A stretch of 64,000 bases of DNA from Williopsis jadinii. Lineage: Eukaryota. How positions within the stretch are numbered: position 1 is the first letter of the stretch; every line of letters starts with the position of its first letter. The stretch lies in assembly GCA_024346625.1 (NCBI GenBank), contig AP024664.1, positions 4,092,001 to 4,156,000 of the forward strand, in the 5' to 3' direction. Positions 1 through 12,200 of the stretch are shown in pieces. The notes below the pieces were generated by a model that did not search any database, had not been told where the DNA came from, and worked only from the letters and a program-made list of their open reading frames with translations. The position numbers were made by a program, and so were the translations under genes.

Positions 1-1
1 A

Positions 2-199
2 TACGGTGCTAACACCTCGCCAGGTCGTGTCTTGCCAGGACAGAGAATGCCAGGAAGAATGGGTGGTAAGAGCTCTACAAAGCAAAACTCGCTTGTTGTT
101 GATGTTGATGCTGAGAACGGTATCATCTTGGTGAAGGGACACGTTCCAGGACCAAAGAACTCATTCGTCAGAGTAACAGATGCCATCAAGAAACTATGA
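2..199 (+). CDS. MRPL9: Mitochondrial ribosomal protein uL3, 3' end (partial)
   Basis: Hand translation of frame 2: [22 protein letters not shown]...[25 protein letters not shown], the bacterial-type L3 C-terminus. Confidence 0.88.
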   Translation, partial: YGANTSPGRVLPGQRMPGRMGGKSSTKQNSLVVDVDAENGIILVKGHVPGPKNSFVRVTDAIKKL

Positions 200-308
200 G
201 TTACAGCTATATATAGTTGCCCGTTATTATAATCATGTAAATACAAAGCTTTCTCTTTAAACCATTTATTTATCAAGAAAAACACACATACACAGGCATG
301 GGATATGA

Positions 309-3300
309 TCAATCGTCATCTAATTCAGATGGCTTCAACAAACCACCAACCTTAGAGGCTCTTTCCCTCTCAAGTCTTTGCTTCTCCAAGAGTGCGTTCT
401 CGCGATCTTCTGCAAACAGGTAGTCGGTTTCATCACCACCGTATTCTTTGATCTGAACGAGGAAATCACGCAAGGTGCCTTTGAACTTGGAGCCATCACG
501 GTGTTGTGCAATTAGAACCGTTACAAAGTTTTCCACTTGAGCAGTCTTCAGGTGTGGGAAGGCATTGGACAGCATGTTTGAGATGTACTCCTTGACAAAT
601 GCGGAATTGGAAACACCGGCTGGTGCTTGTCCTTCTCTATACAATGGTTCCTTGATGTATCCACTTTCAACGAGATCGATCAACTTTGCCAGTAACTGAG
701 CTTGGAATTTGAATCCTGCTTTATGGTCGGAGTCGGTAATAACATAGAACGTATCAGCCATGATTGGGAAGTAGAAATTTTGATAGAAGGCAGTAGTGAA
801 AGGCGTTGATCCAAGCTTCTCAACGTTCTTGAGCAGCTCAATGGCTAAACCCAACCCACTGTTTTCAACTTCAGTGTTGTTGTGCTTGAAGGACCACAGA
901 ATAGCATTGACAAGAAGTTGGAATGCATCACCTGAAAGTTGTAACAAGGAGTTGAACGACTTCAAATTGATCTCTCTCAAAAACTTGTAAAACTCAACTC
1001 TATGCTCTGGATATTCGGTGAAGTCCTTGTTAATCATATCCAACGTTGGCTCAAAGACGTTTTGTAACATAACGACAACGGCTCCAGGGATCATATGACC
1101 AACTTTAGAAACAACGGTGGTCAAACAGTTCAAAACTTCAGCGTCACGCGCATCAGGAACGTTACTCTTGTAATCCTCCAAAATTGCAGCCAAGAGAGGT
1201 TGTATTAAAGTATCCACAATCTGCTGGAGATTTTCACCCTTGGAGATATAAGCTTCAACGAGGTGCAAAACCTCCTTCTTTATAGTACGTAATCCACGAA
1301 CCTTTGGTGTCTTTGTAGCGATCAAACCATCCTGTGCAACAGCATTAGAGATCATGTTAGAAACAGCCTTGTACAAGGACAGCATGTCGTCATAGACAGT
1401 TCCCAGTTGGTTGTAGAATCCTGCGCCCAGGGAGGAGCAAACGGCAACGTTAGTCTTAATCACGTTGGCAATGATCTTCACTGTTTCCGGGTTTGTCAAC
1501 AGCGTAGGATCTTCACCAGCCTTTTGCACAATGGCAGTCCATGCAGTATTTGGAAGGTGCATTAAATCTGAAAGGAGACGTTCTCTAATAGCAACAGTGG
1601 TCTGTGCACCGATGATGTAACCACAGGCTTCATAGAAAGTATGGACTTGTTGCGGCTGTAAATCTTCAGTGATGAATTGGATGTTTCTAATGATCTCATC
1701 GATGAATGGTTCAGTCTCGTTAGGTTGTTGAACCACAAAATGACGGCGACACTTTAAAACAATCTTCATGAAAGTATCACATGCCATATCTTGGACACCT
1801 TCATGGGTTTCGTGCATAAACTCAAACAACTTGTTGATAACTGTCTTCAAGAATTTCCAATGAGCTTTGAGGAATCTTGGATATTGACCAACAATGTACA
1901 TAATATTCGAAGCGACAACGGCTTTGTTATCCTTACCATACTTCTTTTTGTTGAGCCCAAGTAAATCGTTAATGACGTTAAACAAGAATCTCTTCTCCAT
2001 TTCCTCATTCATTGTACCGGAGATAGAACCAATGGCCCAACATAGGGTGTTGATGTTGTGCCAGGACCATTCGGAGCCATCCAACTGTTTGGACAGTTTC
2101 ACACTCATGATTTGTTCAGTGTCGACAACGTCCAAATGTGTCAAGTAGACAAGGACTTCTCTCATGGATTTGTACAGCGTAATTGTATCGGATTCCTTCA
2201 CAAACTCACGAACAATTTCACCTTCATCGTTTTGCACCACAAGGACCTCTTCTGGTTTAGCCATGGACTCTATCACAACTAATCTCAATTCAGAGAGGAT
2301 GTTGTTATAGATGTGCTTTCTCAATGGGAATTTGTTCAAAAGTTCTGGATTTGGAGCACCACTGGTTTGGGAGAATCCCAACTGCATTAATGGGGAGAGT
2401 TCTTGAGCTGGGATTTGCTGAACTTCCTGGAACAACCCACTAACGAGTTTACTCCAATAATCCAAACAGGTTTTGAATAATTCTCTTTCCTCAATCTTGG
2501 ACAACTGGATCAAGTATTCATGAGCCGTGAGGAGAAGTTCTCTATACTGTTCTCTCGACTCAACAGCAGACACATGGTTTGCTAAAAATGTACAAATGTA
2601 CATAGCCAAGTCTTGTAGGAAGGCTTGGTCACTTGAATTTGCCACGGCGTAAGTCTTATTCAACTCAACGTTTGGCGGAACCACGGATGCAATTTGTTGC
2701 ATAGAATTTTGGAACATTGTGACGAATCTCTCATCGTACTCAGAAGCGTTCAAAGATGCAGCCTCTGTTAGACATTTCAAAGTAACGGCTCTCGTATCCT
2801 GAGGCGAAAGGAATTTGTTTGTTAACAAGTTCAATAGCTCAGTTTCAAAGATGTAGCCCAGTGGAATCCATTGCATATATCTCAACACCGTGTTCAAAGT
2901 GGCCACTATGAGTGAAGGTCTTGTAGCCTTATCGAGAACCTCATAACACAGTTGGAAGATGTCCGAGAACTCTTGGCCCATTCTCGTTTTCAGATTCAGC
3001 GCTTTGGCCTGGGTCATTTGTTCCGCTGAGTAGTCAAACACTTCCTCGGAGAGCAATTTCAATATAACCATGTTGTTCTCACAAACGTTGAACCCTGCTC
3101 TTGAAGACTGAACCAGTTCCTGGATGAAAGTTGGCCAATTAGCAGGCCACTCCTGCTTGGCAATTTGGACCAAGGTCAAGTCGCACTTGTTAATCAGGGA
3201 TCTCTGGCTCTGGAACTGTTCATCATCATCACACATCGCAATGATCATGTTGACAGTGAAGTTCCTGATACCCTTTCTTTGCTCATCTGGCAGCAGTTTC

Positions 3301-3536
3301 CATTTTGTTTGGATCAACTTGTCCAAGATGGACAACCCAATGTACTTTGTCTGCGAGTTTTGAGACAGCTGAAGGATTTTATCAGCTCTTTGCCACGCAT
3401 CAGGGTGCTCTTGAAACTTCGTGATTACATCCTGTGCTGTTTTCTGCTCAGCACCGGAGCCCCTGTAGAAAGTCTCCACGACTTTGTCCAACAGGGCAAC
3501 GTCTAAGTCCTTTGAGAAATCCAAAATAGACTCCAT
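309..3536 (-). CDS. CRM1: Exportin-1 (Crm1/Xpo1) nuclear export receptor
   Basis: [13 protein letters not shown] start, [44 protein letters not shown]-terminal [11 protein letters not shown]. The ORF-track extension to 3698 runs through a 5'UTR intron. Confidence 0.97.
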   Translation of the reverse strand: MESILDFSKDLDVALLDKVVETFYRGSGAEQKTAQDVITKFQEHPDAWQRADKILQLSQNSQTKYIGLSILDKLIQTKWKLLPDEQRKGIRNFTVNMIIAMCDDDEQFQSQRSLINKCDLTLVQIAKQEWPANWPTFIQELVQSSRAGFNVCENNMVILKLLSEEVFDYSAEQMTQAKALNLKTRMGQEFSDIFQLCYEVLDKATRPSLIVATLNTVLRYMQWIPLGYIFETELLNLLTNKFLSPQDTRAVTLKCLTEAASLNASEYDERFVTMFQNSMQQIASVVPPNVELNKTYAVANSSDQAFLQDLAMYICTFLANHVSAVESREQYRELLLTAHEYLIQLSKIEERELFKTCLDYWSKLVSGLFQEVQQIPAQELSPLMQLGFSQTSGAPNPELLNKFPLRKHIYNNILSELRLVVIESMAKPEEVLVVQNDEGEIVREFVKESDTITLYKSMREVLVYLTHLDVVDTEQIMSVKLSKQLDGSEWSWHNINTLCWAIGSISGTMNEEMEKRFLFNVINDLLGLNKKKYGKDNKAVVASNIMYIVGQYPRFLKAHWKFLKTVINKLFEFMHETHEGVQDMACDTFMKIVLKCRRHFVVQQPNETEPFIDEIIRNIQFITEDLQPQQVHTFYEACGYIIGAQTTVAIRERLLSDLMHLPNTAWTAIVQKAGEDPTLLTNPETVKIIANVIKTNVAVCSSLGAGFYNQLGTVYDDMLSLYKAVSNMISNAVAQDGLIATKTPKVRGLRTIKKEVLHLVEAYISKGENLQQIVDTLIQPLLAAILEDYKSNVPDARDAEVLNCLTTVVSKVGHMIPGAVVVMLQNVFEPTLDMINKDFTEYPEHRVEFYKFLREINLKSFNSLLQLSGDAFQLLVNAILWSFKHNNTEVENSGLGLAIELLKNVEKLGSTPFTTAFYQNFYFPIMADTFYVITDSDHKAGFKFQAQLLAKLIDLVESGYIKEPLYREGQAPAGVSNSAFVKEYISNMLSNAFPHLKTAQVENFVTVLIAQHRDGSKFKGTLRDFLVQIKEYGGDETDYLFAEDRENALLEKQRLERERASKVGGLLKPSELDDD

Positions 3537-3544
3537 GTTCAAAT

Positions 3545-3763
3545 CTGTGAAAGTGGGAATGTTAGTAACGGTTGTTTTCAGTAGGGGCAGTGGTTCGAAT
3601 TGAATTCCACAGGGTGAACGGAACATCAACATCAACAACAACAATAACACGGCGGTAACACGGCGGTAACACGGCGGCAAACCAGAAAAGCAAAACATCC
3701 ACTCAGATCACCGCTTTAGGAGACTTCAACCAAACACCAAAAAACATCAACAACAATACTCAC
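3545..3763 (-). other. 5'UTR intron of CRM1
   Basis: Minus strand: GTGAGT donor at 3763, TACTAAC at 3567-3561, CAG acceptor ending at 3545, 8 nt upstream of the ATG. Confidence 0.7.
3645..3677. repeat. 11-bp tandem repeat (TAACACGGCGG)x3
   Basis: Directly visible, inside the CRM1 5'UTR intron. Confidence 0.85.
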
Positions 3764-4159
3764 AATTCAGTAATAACTTCAGCGATAGATGTTCAGGAAC
3801 GGGCGGCTATCGGTTCCAGGGCAAATCAACGTGGCGGCAATGCTCAAATGAACTGGAACTAAAAAAAGGGGAATATAAACAAAGGAGAAGTTCGCTTTTC
3901 TGAACGGGTAAACAACGAAAAAACACTTCACAATTGTTTCAATAAGGAGAAGCCGTTGTGTCAAGCAGTTGTACCGAAGCTTCTCTCAGCGTATGTTGTT
4001 GTTTTTTTTGCTTCGCTTTGCTATGCCTTGTGCTGGTGGTTTGGAAAAGGTAGTTGAAGACGAACGAGAAGAAGCCTTTTTGTCTGTGGATTTGTTGTTT
4101 TTCTTTTGATGATGTTTTGTGTTTATACAAATTTTGTCCGTGGGCGTTAGGGTGACAAT

Positions 4160-4216
4160 CGGTAGGGGCAGCGAATAACGGTAGGGGCAACATATATCTT
4201 AAGAGCGGTAGGGGCA
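4160..4216. promoter_or_regulatory. Three copies of CGGTAGGGGCA (each contains STRE-like AGGGG) upstream of CRM1
   Basis: Copies at 4160, 4179 and 4206. Confidence 0.5.
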
Positions 4217-4350
4217 GCATGCGAAACGCGAACGTGTCCGGATTGGGCGGGTCTTTGCGTCCCGTTCCTCCGCTGTATACAGGTGAAAGATTTAGTTGTA
4301 CATTTTCTATTGAAACTTCTCTATGGAAACTTGTCTATTAAAGCCTGGTG

Positions 4351-5310
4351 TCAGATGAACGTTGGAATGCCCGTGTCCTTCCAGTCCCACGGGTCGTTGA
4401 ACCGGATGCCTCTGTCCAACGAGGAAATCGTGTGCAATTCCTCATCCGAGAGGGTGAAGTCTTCGACGTACAAGTTCTCCAATAGCCTGTCTCTGTTTGA
4501 GGATTTAGGAATGACTCCCAGGCCTCTCTGCGTGGCCCATCTCAGCAGCACCTGTGATGGGTTCTTGTTGTGCTGTGCAGCAATTGCATTGATGGCTTCG
4601 TTCTCGAACAATGGCTGTAGATCCTTAGCCCGTGGGTGGTTCAGCTCGAAGAAAGACTGAGGCCCGAATGAAGAATACGCAACAACCCACAACCCGGCTC
4701 TCTGAGCGTACTCAACAAGCCTTGGTTGGACCAGATACGGATGGTGCTCTATCTGTAACGCAGACGGCTTAATTCTGGCGCCTCTGAGAAGATCTTGGAC
4801 GAGAGCACCACTGAAATTGGAGACACCAATGGCCTTGATCTTGCCTTGAGCATGGGCATCTTCCAGCGCACGATACGTGTCGATGATTGGAACGTCTTCG
4901 AAGACGAACTCCTCAGTAGTGCCAAACCCTGGTGGGTACAGTGTTTCCACGGGGACGAACTCAGTGGCTATCGGGAAATGGATGTAGTAGAGATCGACGT
5001 AGTCCAGTTGTAGGTCGTCCAAGGTCTTCTGTAGCCCTATAGGCACATTTTGAGGGTGGTGGAAAGTGTTCCACAGCTTAGAAACGATGAATAGCTCCTC
5101 ACGCTTCACAAGCCCTTCGTCCAAGGCCCTCTTGATACCTTGGCCAACCTCAGCTTCGTTACCATAGTCCGATGCACCGTCAAACATCCTATAACCAAGC
5201 TTTATGGCATTGTAGACCTGGTCTGCAGCAGAGTCCTTGGGCATCTTCCAGAGACCCAATCCAACCTTTGGGGCCTTCAGCCCGTTATTCAGAGTCACGT
5301 ATGAGGCCAT
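4351..5310 (-). CDS. Aldo-keto reductase, xylose/aldose reductase (AKR2B, XYL1/GRE3-like)
   Basis: DGASDY (catalytic Asp/Tyr), VSKLWN (Lys), YIHFP (His), [18 protein letters not shown] coenzyme motif, RFNDPWDW end; ATG at 5310 ([10 protein letters not shown]). Confidence 0.92.
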   Translation of the reverse strand: MASYVTLNNGLKAPKVGLGLWKMPKDSAADQVYNAIKLGYRMFDGASDYGNEAEVGQGIKRALDEGLVKREELFIVSKLWNTFHHPQNVPIGLQKTLDDLQLDYVDLYYIHFPIATEFVPVETLYPPGFGTTEEFVFEDVPIIDTYRALEDAHAQGKIKAIGVSNFSGALVQDLLRGARIKPSALQIEHHPYLVQPRLVEYAQRAGLWVVAYSSFGPQSFFELNHPRAKDLQPLFENEAINAIAAQHNKNPSQVLLRWATQRGLGVIPKSSNRDRLLENLYVEDFTLSDEELHTISSLDRGIRFNDPWDWKDTGIPTFI

Positions 5311-5427
5311 CTGTGCTTGCTGAACACCAACACACAGCAACTTCCTCCCTCAGACCATGCTGATATTCGGGTTCAGCTGGCAATTTAAATACACCGTCCT
5401 GAGATGGTGTACTTTGCAGAGGCAGGC

Positions 5428-5440
5428 CGGAACGACCTTC
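5428..5440. promoter_or_regulatory. Cluster motif CGGAACGACCTTC upstream of AKR gene
   Basis: Matches the CG-N5-ACCTTC consensus found in the other cluster promoters. Confidence 0.6.
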
Positions 5441-5713
5441 TTCAAAAACATCTCCATGATGCGGCGACATGCAACAATTCCGGAAGAGGTGCTTATCTTT
5501 GGCTCACTGAGGTCTGCTTCGCCTTGAGCTGCTTGGAAAGCCTTACAGTGCCATGATTGCCAGGTATATAGTTAGCGTACACGAGGTACTCTAACACTAT
5601 GCGATGTACATACCAGTAGAGCCTTCTACAATTGAGCAGAAATACGGGAAAAGAATCAATTAATATACTAAAGCTTCCACAACTCGGCCTTATAATCAGC
5701 TGGTTCAATTCAA

Positions 5714-6964
5714 TTACGAGGTCCAGTCGTGAATCTCCTTCAAGTCCTTCACAATGTTGAGGCCTCCCATTCTGTGCTGAAGCTCATAGATATCCCTGTG
5801 CTCAGCTTGCTCTGGTCTCCAGCCCCAGCATTTTCTCTTCTCGTCATCTAGCGAGCCGTTCCCCTTTAGAACAATCTCAGAGATGTAATCACCAACAATT
5901 GGCATGTACTTGAAGCCCTTGCCAGAGTCACCAGTACCGAGAACCAGGCCTTCATGATCGGGGTGCTCACAGAAAAGGAAGTGACGATCTGGTGTGTCGG
6001 TGCACCAGCAGATCTTGGCCACGGAGAAGTCTCTACACGCAATGTCGTCAGGGAAGATTTGGTGAAGAAAGGCTCTCATTTGGGCCTTGGCTTCCGAGGG
6101 AATCTCGTCTCTGTAGAGAGGAATCGACTCGCCATTCTCCATGTTGATGTAGCCGGGGAACTCATTGCAGAACTTGAGCTCGTTGTTACAGTCTGGCTCG
6201 AAGACAAAGCCTTCGTCAATGTTCAGAATCACCGGAGAGCCCTTCAATGGAGCAGCCTCTTCATCGCTGAGCTGGATATGGCCCACAGTCCAGCATTTGG
6301 CCAGAAGCTGTCCCTTGAAGTCCAGAAGACCAATGGAATTGGCACCAGCACAGATCACAACCTTTGATGCCTTTATGATCTTCCCACTGAATGTCTTAAC
6401 ACCCACACAACGGCCTGTTTCGTCCTCGTAGAGCAGTCTGTCCACCCTGTCAGTGACAACTTTGGCACCCAATTCCAAGCATTTGGCATAGACGTTTTCA
6501 AGAGCAAGGCTGGCAAACGTCCATCCACAATGTGTTAGCTGATGATACCCCTTCCACCCTTGGAATTTGCCATCAAACTTCACAACTGAAGAGAAATCGC
6601 CTGGTGTGTCCAGTTTCTTGACAGCAACGTCCGACTTCTCCAGAAGCTCGAATCTACGGTTGATTTCCTCTATCGCCTTCTGTCCAACACCTCCGTAGAC
6701 AATCCCAACCTCGTTGAACGCTGGCCTGTACAGCTCATCAGATCGCCACCTCTCGAGTGACTCCAGTGCCAGCTTGCTGTAGAACTCATCCTCAACGGTG
6801 GACTGGAACACTTTGTTCACGTCATTTCCCGCACTTAGAGGAGAAGGAACTGCGTATCCATCCACCAGAGTCACGTTTCTATGCCCTTTTCTAAGCAGCT
6901 CCACGGCCGTTGACAGCCCAAACGTCCCAGCACCAACTATGACAACGTGATCTTCAGGTTTCAT
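5714..6964 (-). CDS. FAD-dependent oxidoreductase, fructosyl-amino-acid oxidase (amadoriase) / saccharopine oxidase family
   Basis: VVIVGAGTFGLSTA FAD-binding motif, SAGNDVNK, AKCWTVGHIQL, CWCTDTPDRHF, GDSGKGFKYMPIVG, WRPE..R.GG tail typical of fungal amadoriases; ATG at 6964. Confidence 0.85.
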   Translation of the reverse strand: MKPEDHVVIVGAGTFGLSTAVELLRKGHRNVTLVDGYAVPSPLSAGNDVNKVFQSTVEDEFYSKLALESLERWRSDELYRPAFNEVGIVYGGVGQKAIEEINRRFELLEKSDVAVKKLDTPGDFSSVVKFDGKFQGWKGYHQLTHCGWTFASLALENVYAKCLELGAKVVTDRVDRLLYEDETGRCVGVKTFSGKIIKASKVVICAGANSIGLLDFKGQLLAKCWTVGHIQLSDEEAAPLKGSPVILNIDEGFVFEPDCNNELKFCNEFPGYINMENGESIPLYRDEIPSEAKAQMRAFLHQIFPDDIACRDFSVAKICWCTDTPDRHFLFCEHPDHEGLVLGTGDSGKGFKYMPIVGDYISEIVLKGNGSLDDEKRKCWGWRPEQAEHRDIYELQHRMGGLNIVKDLKEIHDWTS

Positions 6965-7056
6965 TGCAATGTTCTCGGTGGTTCCTTCAGTTTTGAACTT
7001 GCTGAACGGTTCTGGGAGAGAATGACGCATGTGGCTTTATAAGGTTACCTCCCCGT

Positions 7057-7073
7057 CGGATCGACCTTCCTCC
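7057..7073. promoter_or_regulatory. Cluster motif CGGATCGACCTTCCTCC in the 232-bp divergent promoter between oxidase and TF
   Basis: 12/13 identical to the copy at 5428. Confidence 0.6.
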
Positions 7074-7196
7074 CAAAAGTCCCACCGAGAATTATGTCCA
7101 ATGGTTTCACGGCATCTACAAAAGGACCACAGCCCACGGGCCATAGCGAGGGTCTCAGGCCATCAATCGTGTGATCTCAGACGTGCAGAGCACTCA

Positions 7197-8978
7197 ATGG
7201 GCAAGATAAAGACGTATACACCGAGGAGCCGTGCTGGCTGTGTGGAGTGTAAGCAGCGTAGGATCAAATGTGATGAGGGAAGGCCCCAGTGTCAGCGGTG
7301 TGTGAAGCGTGGACTGGGCTGCCACTACACCGGGGTGACTTTGCTCTGGGAAGAGGATGCCAGGAAGAGAGGCATTGCGTTTGGAAGGTCGGCTGATGCC
7401 ATAACTAACAAGGATAGGGCCCCAGAAACCGTGAAGATACACAACGTGGTGCCACTGAGACAGCACTACCCGTTTCTGAACGTATGCGATAAGGACATGT
7501 CGAGGTTGTACGATGGGAAGATGATTCATGACGGCATAGCCACGCCGGAGGGGTATGATGAATTGCAAAAGATCTTTGAAAGAGGCCTCGTGCCTGTTCT
7601 GGAGAACCCGGTAAGGTACAGTGCCTTCGACTTCAACTTTGGTGAGGCTCATACGTTCTCATTCGATGATATATTTTTGGAGTCCTTTGCACCTTTCCCG
7701 GTCTCCCAGCTCCTCAATCCTCCAGAGACAGATATCAGCCAGACAACGCTGGTGCTGAACTTCGTGGAAAAGGAGCTTGTTTCCTATTTCATAGACATGG
7801 TTGCTCCCCATTGTGTGTGCTGTAAAGTGAGCTCAAATAGTGCTATAAACAGTTACCTGGCACCGGAGTTGAATCCGTACCTCTATTTGATCATACCTCT
7901 GTCTTTGAAGTCCAGGATTGTCATGAAGACCATAGTTGTTGCTTCATCTACACAGCTTGTACTCTTGGGACACCACGAGTACTCAACCGTGGCCGAGAAG
8001 TACTTGGAAGAGATTGTCCACGAGTTGCCGTTGCTGGTGGAGTCCACCAAGGCAACTGGCACGAACTTGGATGAGGTGTTTGCCGTTGTTATCATGCTAT
8101 GCTTCGCTGAGATTTCAGCGTATTGCAGCAACTCGTGGCTGTCATTGCTAAACTACGCAAAGAAGGTCTTAAAGGAGTCGTCTGGGGAACGAGACAAGAT
8201 AATGACGCCCATGGCGAGGTTCTTCATCAGATATTTCATATCCCATGAGGTTATGGGCGAGACAGCGTGGGAACAGGATTCATCGCCCGTGAAGAACGAT
8301 CCCTCACTGATGATGCAAGATGATTCCTTCATCCAGGAGCTGAAAAAGGACGGTGACAACAAGATCGACTTGGTCTTTGGCTGCTCACCATATCTCGTGT
8401 CATTGGTACATCGAATCACCGTTATACGGCAATGCTTCGACTACCTCGAGCTCGAGGTACACCACAAGGACATGTACAACGTCGAAATTCTCAACCATTC
8501 TATGGAGACGCAGAAAATGCTAAGTGCCATTAACCAACAGCTACCCGATAACAGTGACCTGTACTTCAACCACGACGAGATCCAGCACATCCTCATCGTC
8601 GCGGAGATCAAGCGGTTGGCTGCACTGCTCTACCTCCACGGCGTCATGAGCCAGAGGCCCGAGTTCATCGCCCTCAGTCAAGTCGACCATATCGACTGCA
8701 CGAACGACATCATCGCCCTAACAAAAAAGCTGCCAGAATGCTACATGTCGCTGCTATGGCCAATATTCATCGTGGGCCTCGTCATACCAGACATCGAAAG
8801 CGTGCGATGGTTTGTACTGGACTCCCTGCAACAGATGGAGAGGAAACGGAAGCTCAAGACAGTGGAAGCTGCCCGTGAAACGCTACTCGGGGTGTGGAAG
8901 GAGAAAGACCTCGGCGTAATGTCGGTCAGCTGGAAGGAAATGATAAAGGGCAAGACCAGTGCCATAAGTTTAGCGTAA
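7197..8978 (+). CDS. Zn2Cys6 transcription factor with C-terminal fungal-specific domain (Uga3/Lys14-like architecture)
   Basis: RSRAGCVECKQRRIKCDEGRPQCQRCVKRGLGCHY zinc cluster; LLWPIFIVG C-terminal motif; likely ATG at 7197 (MGKIKTY). Confidence 0.92.
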   Translation: MGKIKTYTPRSRAGCVECKQRRIKCDEGRPQCQRCVKRGLGCHYTGVTLLWEEDARKRGIAFGRSADAITNKDRAPETVKIHNVVPLRQHYPFLNVCDKDMSRLYDGKMIHDGIATPEGYDELQKIFERGLVPVLENPVRYSAFDFNFGEAHTFSFDDIFLESFAPFPVSQLLNPPETDISQTTLVLNFVEKELVSYFIDMVAPHCVCCKVSSNSAINSYLAPELNPYLYLIIPLSLKSRIVMKTIVVASSTQLVLLGHHEYSTVAEKYLEEIVHELPLLVESTKATGTNLDEVFAVVIMLCFAEISAYCSNSWLSLLNYAKKVLKESSGERDKIMTPMARFFIRYFISHEVMGETAWEQDSSPVKNDPSLMMQDDSFIQELKKDGDNKIDLVFGCSPYLVSLVHRITVIRQCFDYLELEVHHKDMYNVEILNHSMETQKMLSAINQQLPDNSDLYFNHDEIQHILIVAEIKRLAALLYLHGVMSQRPEFIALSQVDHIDCTNDIIALTKKLPECYMSLLWPIFIVGLVIPDIESVRWFVLDSLQQMERKRKLKTVEAARETLLGVWKEKDLGVMSVSWKEMIKGKTSAISLA

Positions 8979-9087
8979 TACACATCATCCGACCCTAGAA
9001 TCCCCTCAATTGGCAACGTGTGACGATGTTTTCGCCCGTTTTCCCTCTCGTCATTAGTCCTCATCACCATTTTTTGCGGAGGTTATC

Positions 9088-9133
9088 TGCAGCTCGTCTG
9101 CACCTTCCTATGCAGCTCGTCTCGACCTTCCTC
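9088..9133. promoter_or_regulatory. 23-bp tandem direct repeat carrying two cluster motifs upstream of the oxoprolinase gene
   Basis: TGCAGCTCGTCTGCACCTTCCTA followed by TGCAGCTCGTCTCGACCTTCCTC; TATA-like TATATAAA at about 9192. Confidence 0.7.
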
Positions 9134-9283
9134 CACTAATTTGGAGAGCATCAACCAGCTAAGCTCGCTAATCCTCCACGGATGTGGTTGTTATATAAAG
9201 AGACCTGGCTCATAGATGGCAGTAACGTATGATCTTTGCCTGTGATTAGGCTACAGAGATAACCAACAAGATAGAAAGACGGA

Positions 9284-12200
9284 ATGACACTGAAAGTTTC
9301 TATTGCCATTGATCGTGGTGGAACGTTCACAGATGTGATCTACAAAGTAGGCACTGTGGAAAAGACGTTCAAGCTTCTGTCCGTGGACCCTGATAACTAC
9401 GAGGATTCGAACATCGAAGGTATCAGGAGGGTGCTGGAGGATGTGACTGGTGCGCAGATTCCGAGGGGACAGTTGCTGGACACCAGTGCTATCACGTCTA
9501 TCCGTCTAGGCACCACAGTTGCAACCAATGCGCTGTTGGAGAGGAAGGGAGAACGCTGTGCACTCGTGACCACCAGGGGGTTCAGGGATTTGCTGCACAT
9601 TGCTGACCAGTCACGTCCCGACCTCTTCGCCTTGAACATCGTGAAGCCTGGTGTGTTGCACGAGTGTGTCGTCGAGGCAGACGAGAGAGTTACGATGCCA
9701 GCATTCACTGTTGACCCTACTGGCTACGATGCCAAAGACCTTGTTGACGGCGAAAGATATGTCCTGGGGAGAACAAATGAGGTGTTTGAGATCATTCAGC
9801 CATTGGACACCGTGAAGCTGGAGAGTGACCTCATCAAGCTCAAAGAAGCCACCGGGATCGAGTCTCTGGCCATTGTGTTTGTCCATGGTTTCAACTTCCA
9901 ACGTCACGAGAAACTCGCTGGTGAGATTGCTCGAAGAGTTGGTTTCAAAAACGTATCTCTCTCACATGAGATTCTTCCTGTCTTGAAGATGGTTCCACGA
10001 GGACAATCTACCGTTGTTGATGCGTACCTCACACCAATAGTCAAGGATTACATCTCACAATTCCTCAAGGGACTCAGACCTGACTTCTCCAGATTTACAC
10101 GGATAGAATTCATGCAATCAGATGGAGGCCTGTGCAGCTGGGAGAACTTTTCAGGTCTTAAATCTCTACTCTCTGGACCTGCTGGTGGTGTTGTTGGTGA
10201 AGCAAAGACGTCGTACGACAAGATGCCAATCATAGGCTTTGACATGGGTGGAACAAGTACCGATGTTTCTCGTTTTGGAGGCCATTATGAGTTCTCCTTT
10301 GAGAATGTTATTGCTGGCATCAAGCTGGCTGCTCCTCAGCTGGACATCAACACTGTTGCAGCTGGTGGTGGATCAATTCTTTCTTACAAGAACGGGGTGT
10401 TTACAGTCGGTCCAGAGTCTGCTAGTGCACATCCAGGTCCTGCTTGTTACCGTAAAGGTGGGCCTCTCACAATCACAGATGCTAACCTGTTTACTGGAAG
10501 AATAGTTCCACAGTTCTTCCCGAAGATATTTGGGCCTAATGAGGACCAACCATTGGACGTTGAAATCACTCGCCAGAAGTTCCAAGAGCTAGCAGATATC
10601 ATCAATGCTGATAACCCGGAGATGGACAAATCAGCTGAAGAGATTGCACTCGGTTTCCTGAAAGTGGCCAACTTCCAGATGGCCAAGCCCATCAGGGAGC
10701 TGACAGATGCCAAAGGCCATGATATCAGAAAGCACGCATTGGCATCGTTTGGTGGTGCTGGTGGCCAACACGCCACTTCCATCGCAAAGGTGTTGAAGAT
10801 CAACAAGGTTCTCATTCACAGACATTCTTCAATCCTGTCTGCTTATGGTATCTCTGTTGCAGATTTGGTTCACGAGGAACAGCAGCCTGTTTCGGAAGTT
10901 TACTCAGAGGCAGCAAGAGATAAGCTCATTGAAGACTCTTCTATGTTGTTACAGAAGGCAATTGATGCACTGAAAGCACAAGGTTCCAATGAACAGTCCA
11001 TCAAGTCCACACTATTCTTCAACATGGGATACAAAGGATCTGACACTAGAATCATGATTCCTCAACCTGATGATGGTGACTTCTTGTCAGTGTTCTATGC
11101 CACTCATGAGAGAGAGTTTGCATTCAATGATGCTGAGAAGGACGTTCTTGTTTCTGACGTCCGTATTAGATCTGAAGGTAACGTGGAGTTGGCTATGTCG
11201 AAGGAGCCATCACCATTTGACGAATCCTTTAATACGTTTGAGGTTGACAAGTCAAAATCAAAGATTACTACCAAGATAGTGTTCGATGAGGGTGTTCTGG
11301 ACTCTCAAGTGTTCTTCTTGAACGAGCTTACCACCGGGAATGTTATCCACGGCCCTGCTATCATCCTGGACTCTACTCAAACAATCCTTGTGACTCCCGA
11401 CTCCAAGGCAACTATTCATCCGAGACATGTTGTTCTGGATGTTGAAGTTTCCACTGTTAGAGACAACGTCTCAACCGAGCATGTTGACCCTATTCAGCTT
11501 GCTATCTTTGCCAATAGATTCATGTCTATTGCGGATGAAATGTCCAGAACACTACAAAAGATATCTGTTTCTGCAAACATCAAAGAGCGAATGGATTACT
11601 CTTGTGCTCTGTTTGATAACCAAGGTAACTTGTGTGCCAATGCTCCTAATGTTCCTGTCCATCTAGGCTCTATGTCTTCTGCTATTAAGTATCAATTGGA
11701 CCATTGGGAAGGCCAGCTGAAAGAAGGTGACATCTTATGTACCAATTCACCATCTGTTGGTGGTACACATCTTCCAGATATCACCATCGTTTCGCCTGTA
11801 TTCCATGATGGGGAAATCCAGTTTGTTGTTGCATCTCGTGCACATCATTCTGAGATTGGTGGTTCAGCTCCAGGTTCCTCCTCTTCATATGCCCGTGAGA
11901 TCTACGAAGAAGGTGTTAATATTGAGACCTGGAAGATTGTTGATAATGGAAAGTTCGACGACGAGGGCTTGGTTCACCACTTCTCAGAGGTTCCAAGGAC
12001 GTATGGCGTTTCTGGTACTCGAAACATTGATGATAATATCTCTGACTTGAAGGCTCAAATCGCTTCAAACCAACGTGGTATCAACTTACTCAAGGAGCTA
12101 TTCAACGAATACGGCAGTGAAACTGTGCTTTTCTACATGAGAAATGTGAAGAAGACTGCTGCTATTGCTGTTGAGAACTTCCTCAAAGACTTTGCTGTCA

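Noticed and set aside
3585..3605. GGTTCGAAT resembling a tRNA T-loop/B-box
   Set aside because: No cloverleaf or correctly spaced A-box could be built
3537..3698. 54-aa N-terminal extension of Crm1 in the ORF track
   Set aside because: It lies in a probable 5'UTR intron; the conserved start is MESILDF
7029..7196. Extended N-termini making the oxidase and TF ORFs overlap at 7029-7030
   Set aside because: Family motifs begin at ATG 6964 (-) and 7197 (+); the gap holds a TATA-like element and the cluster motif
9088..9133. Direct repeats as a CRISPR-like array
   Set aside because: Eukaryotic locus, two adjacent copies, no spacers or cas genes
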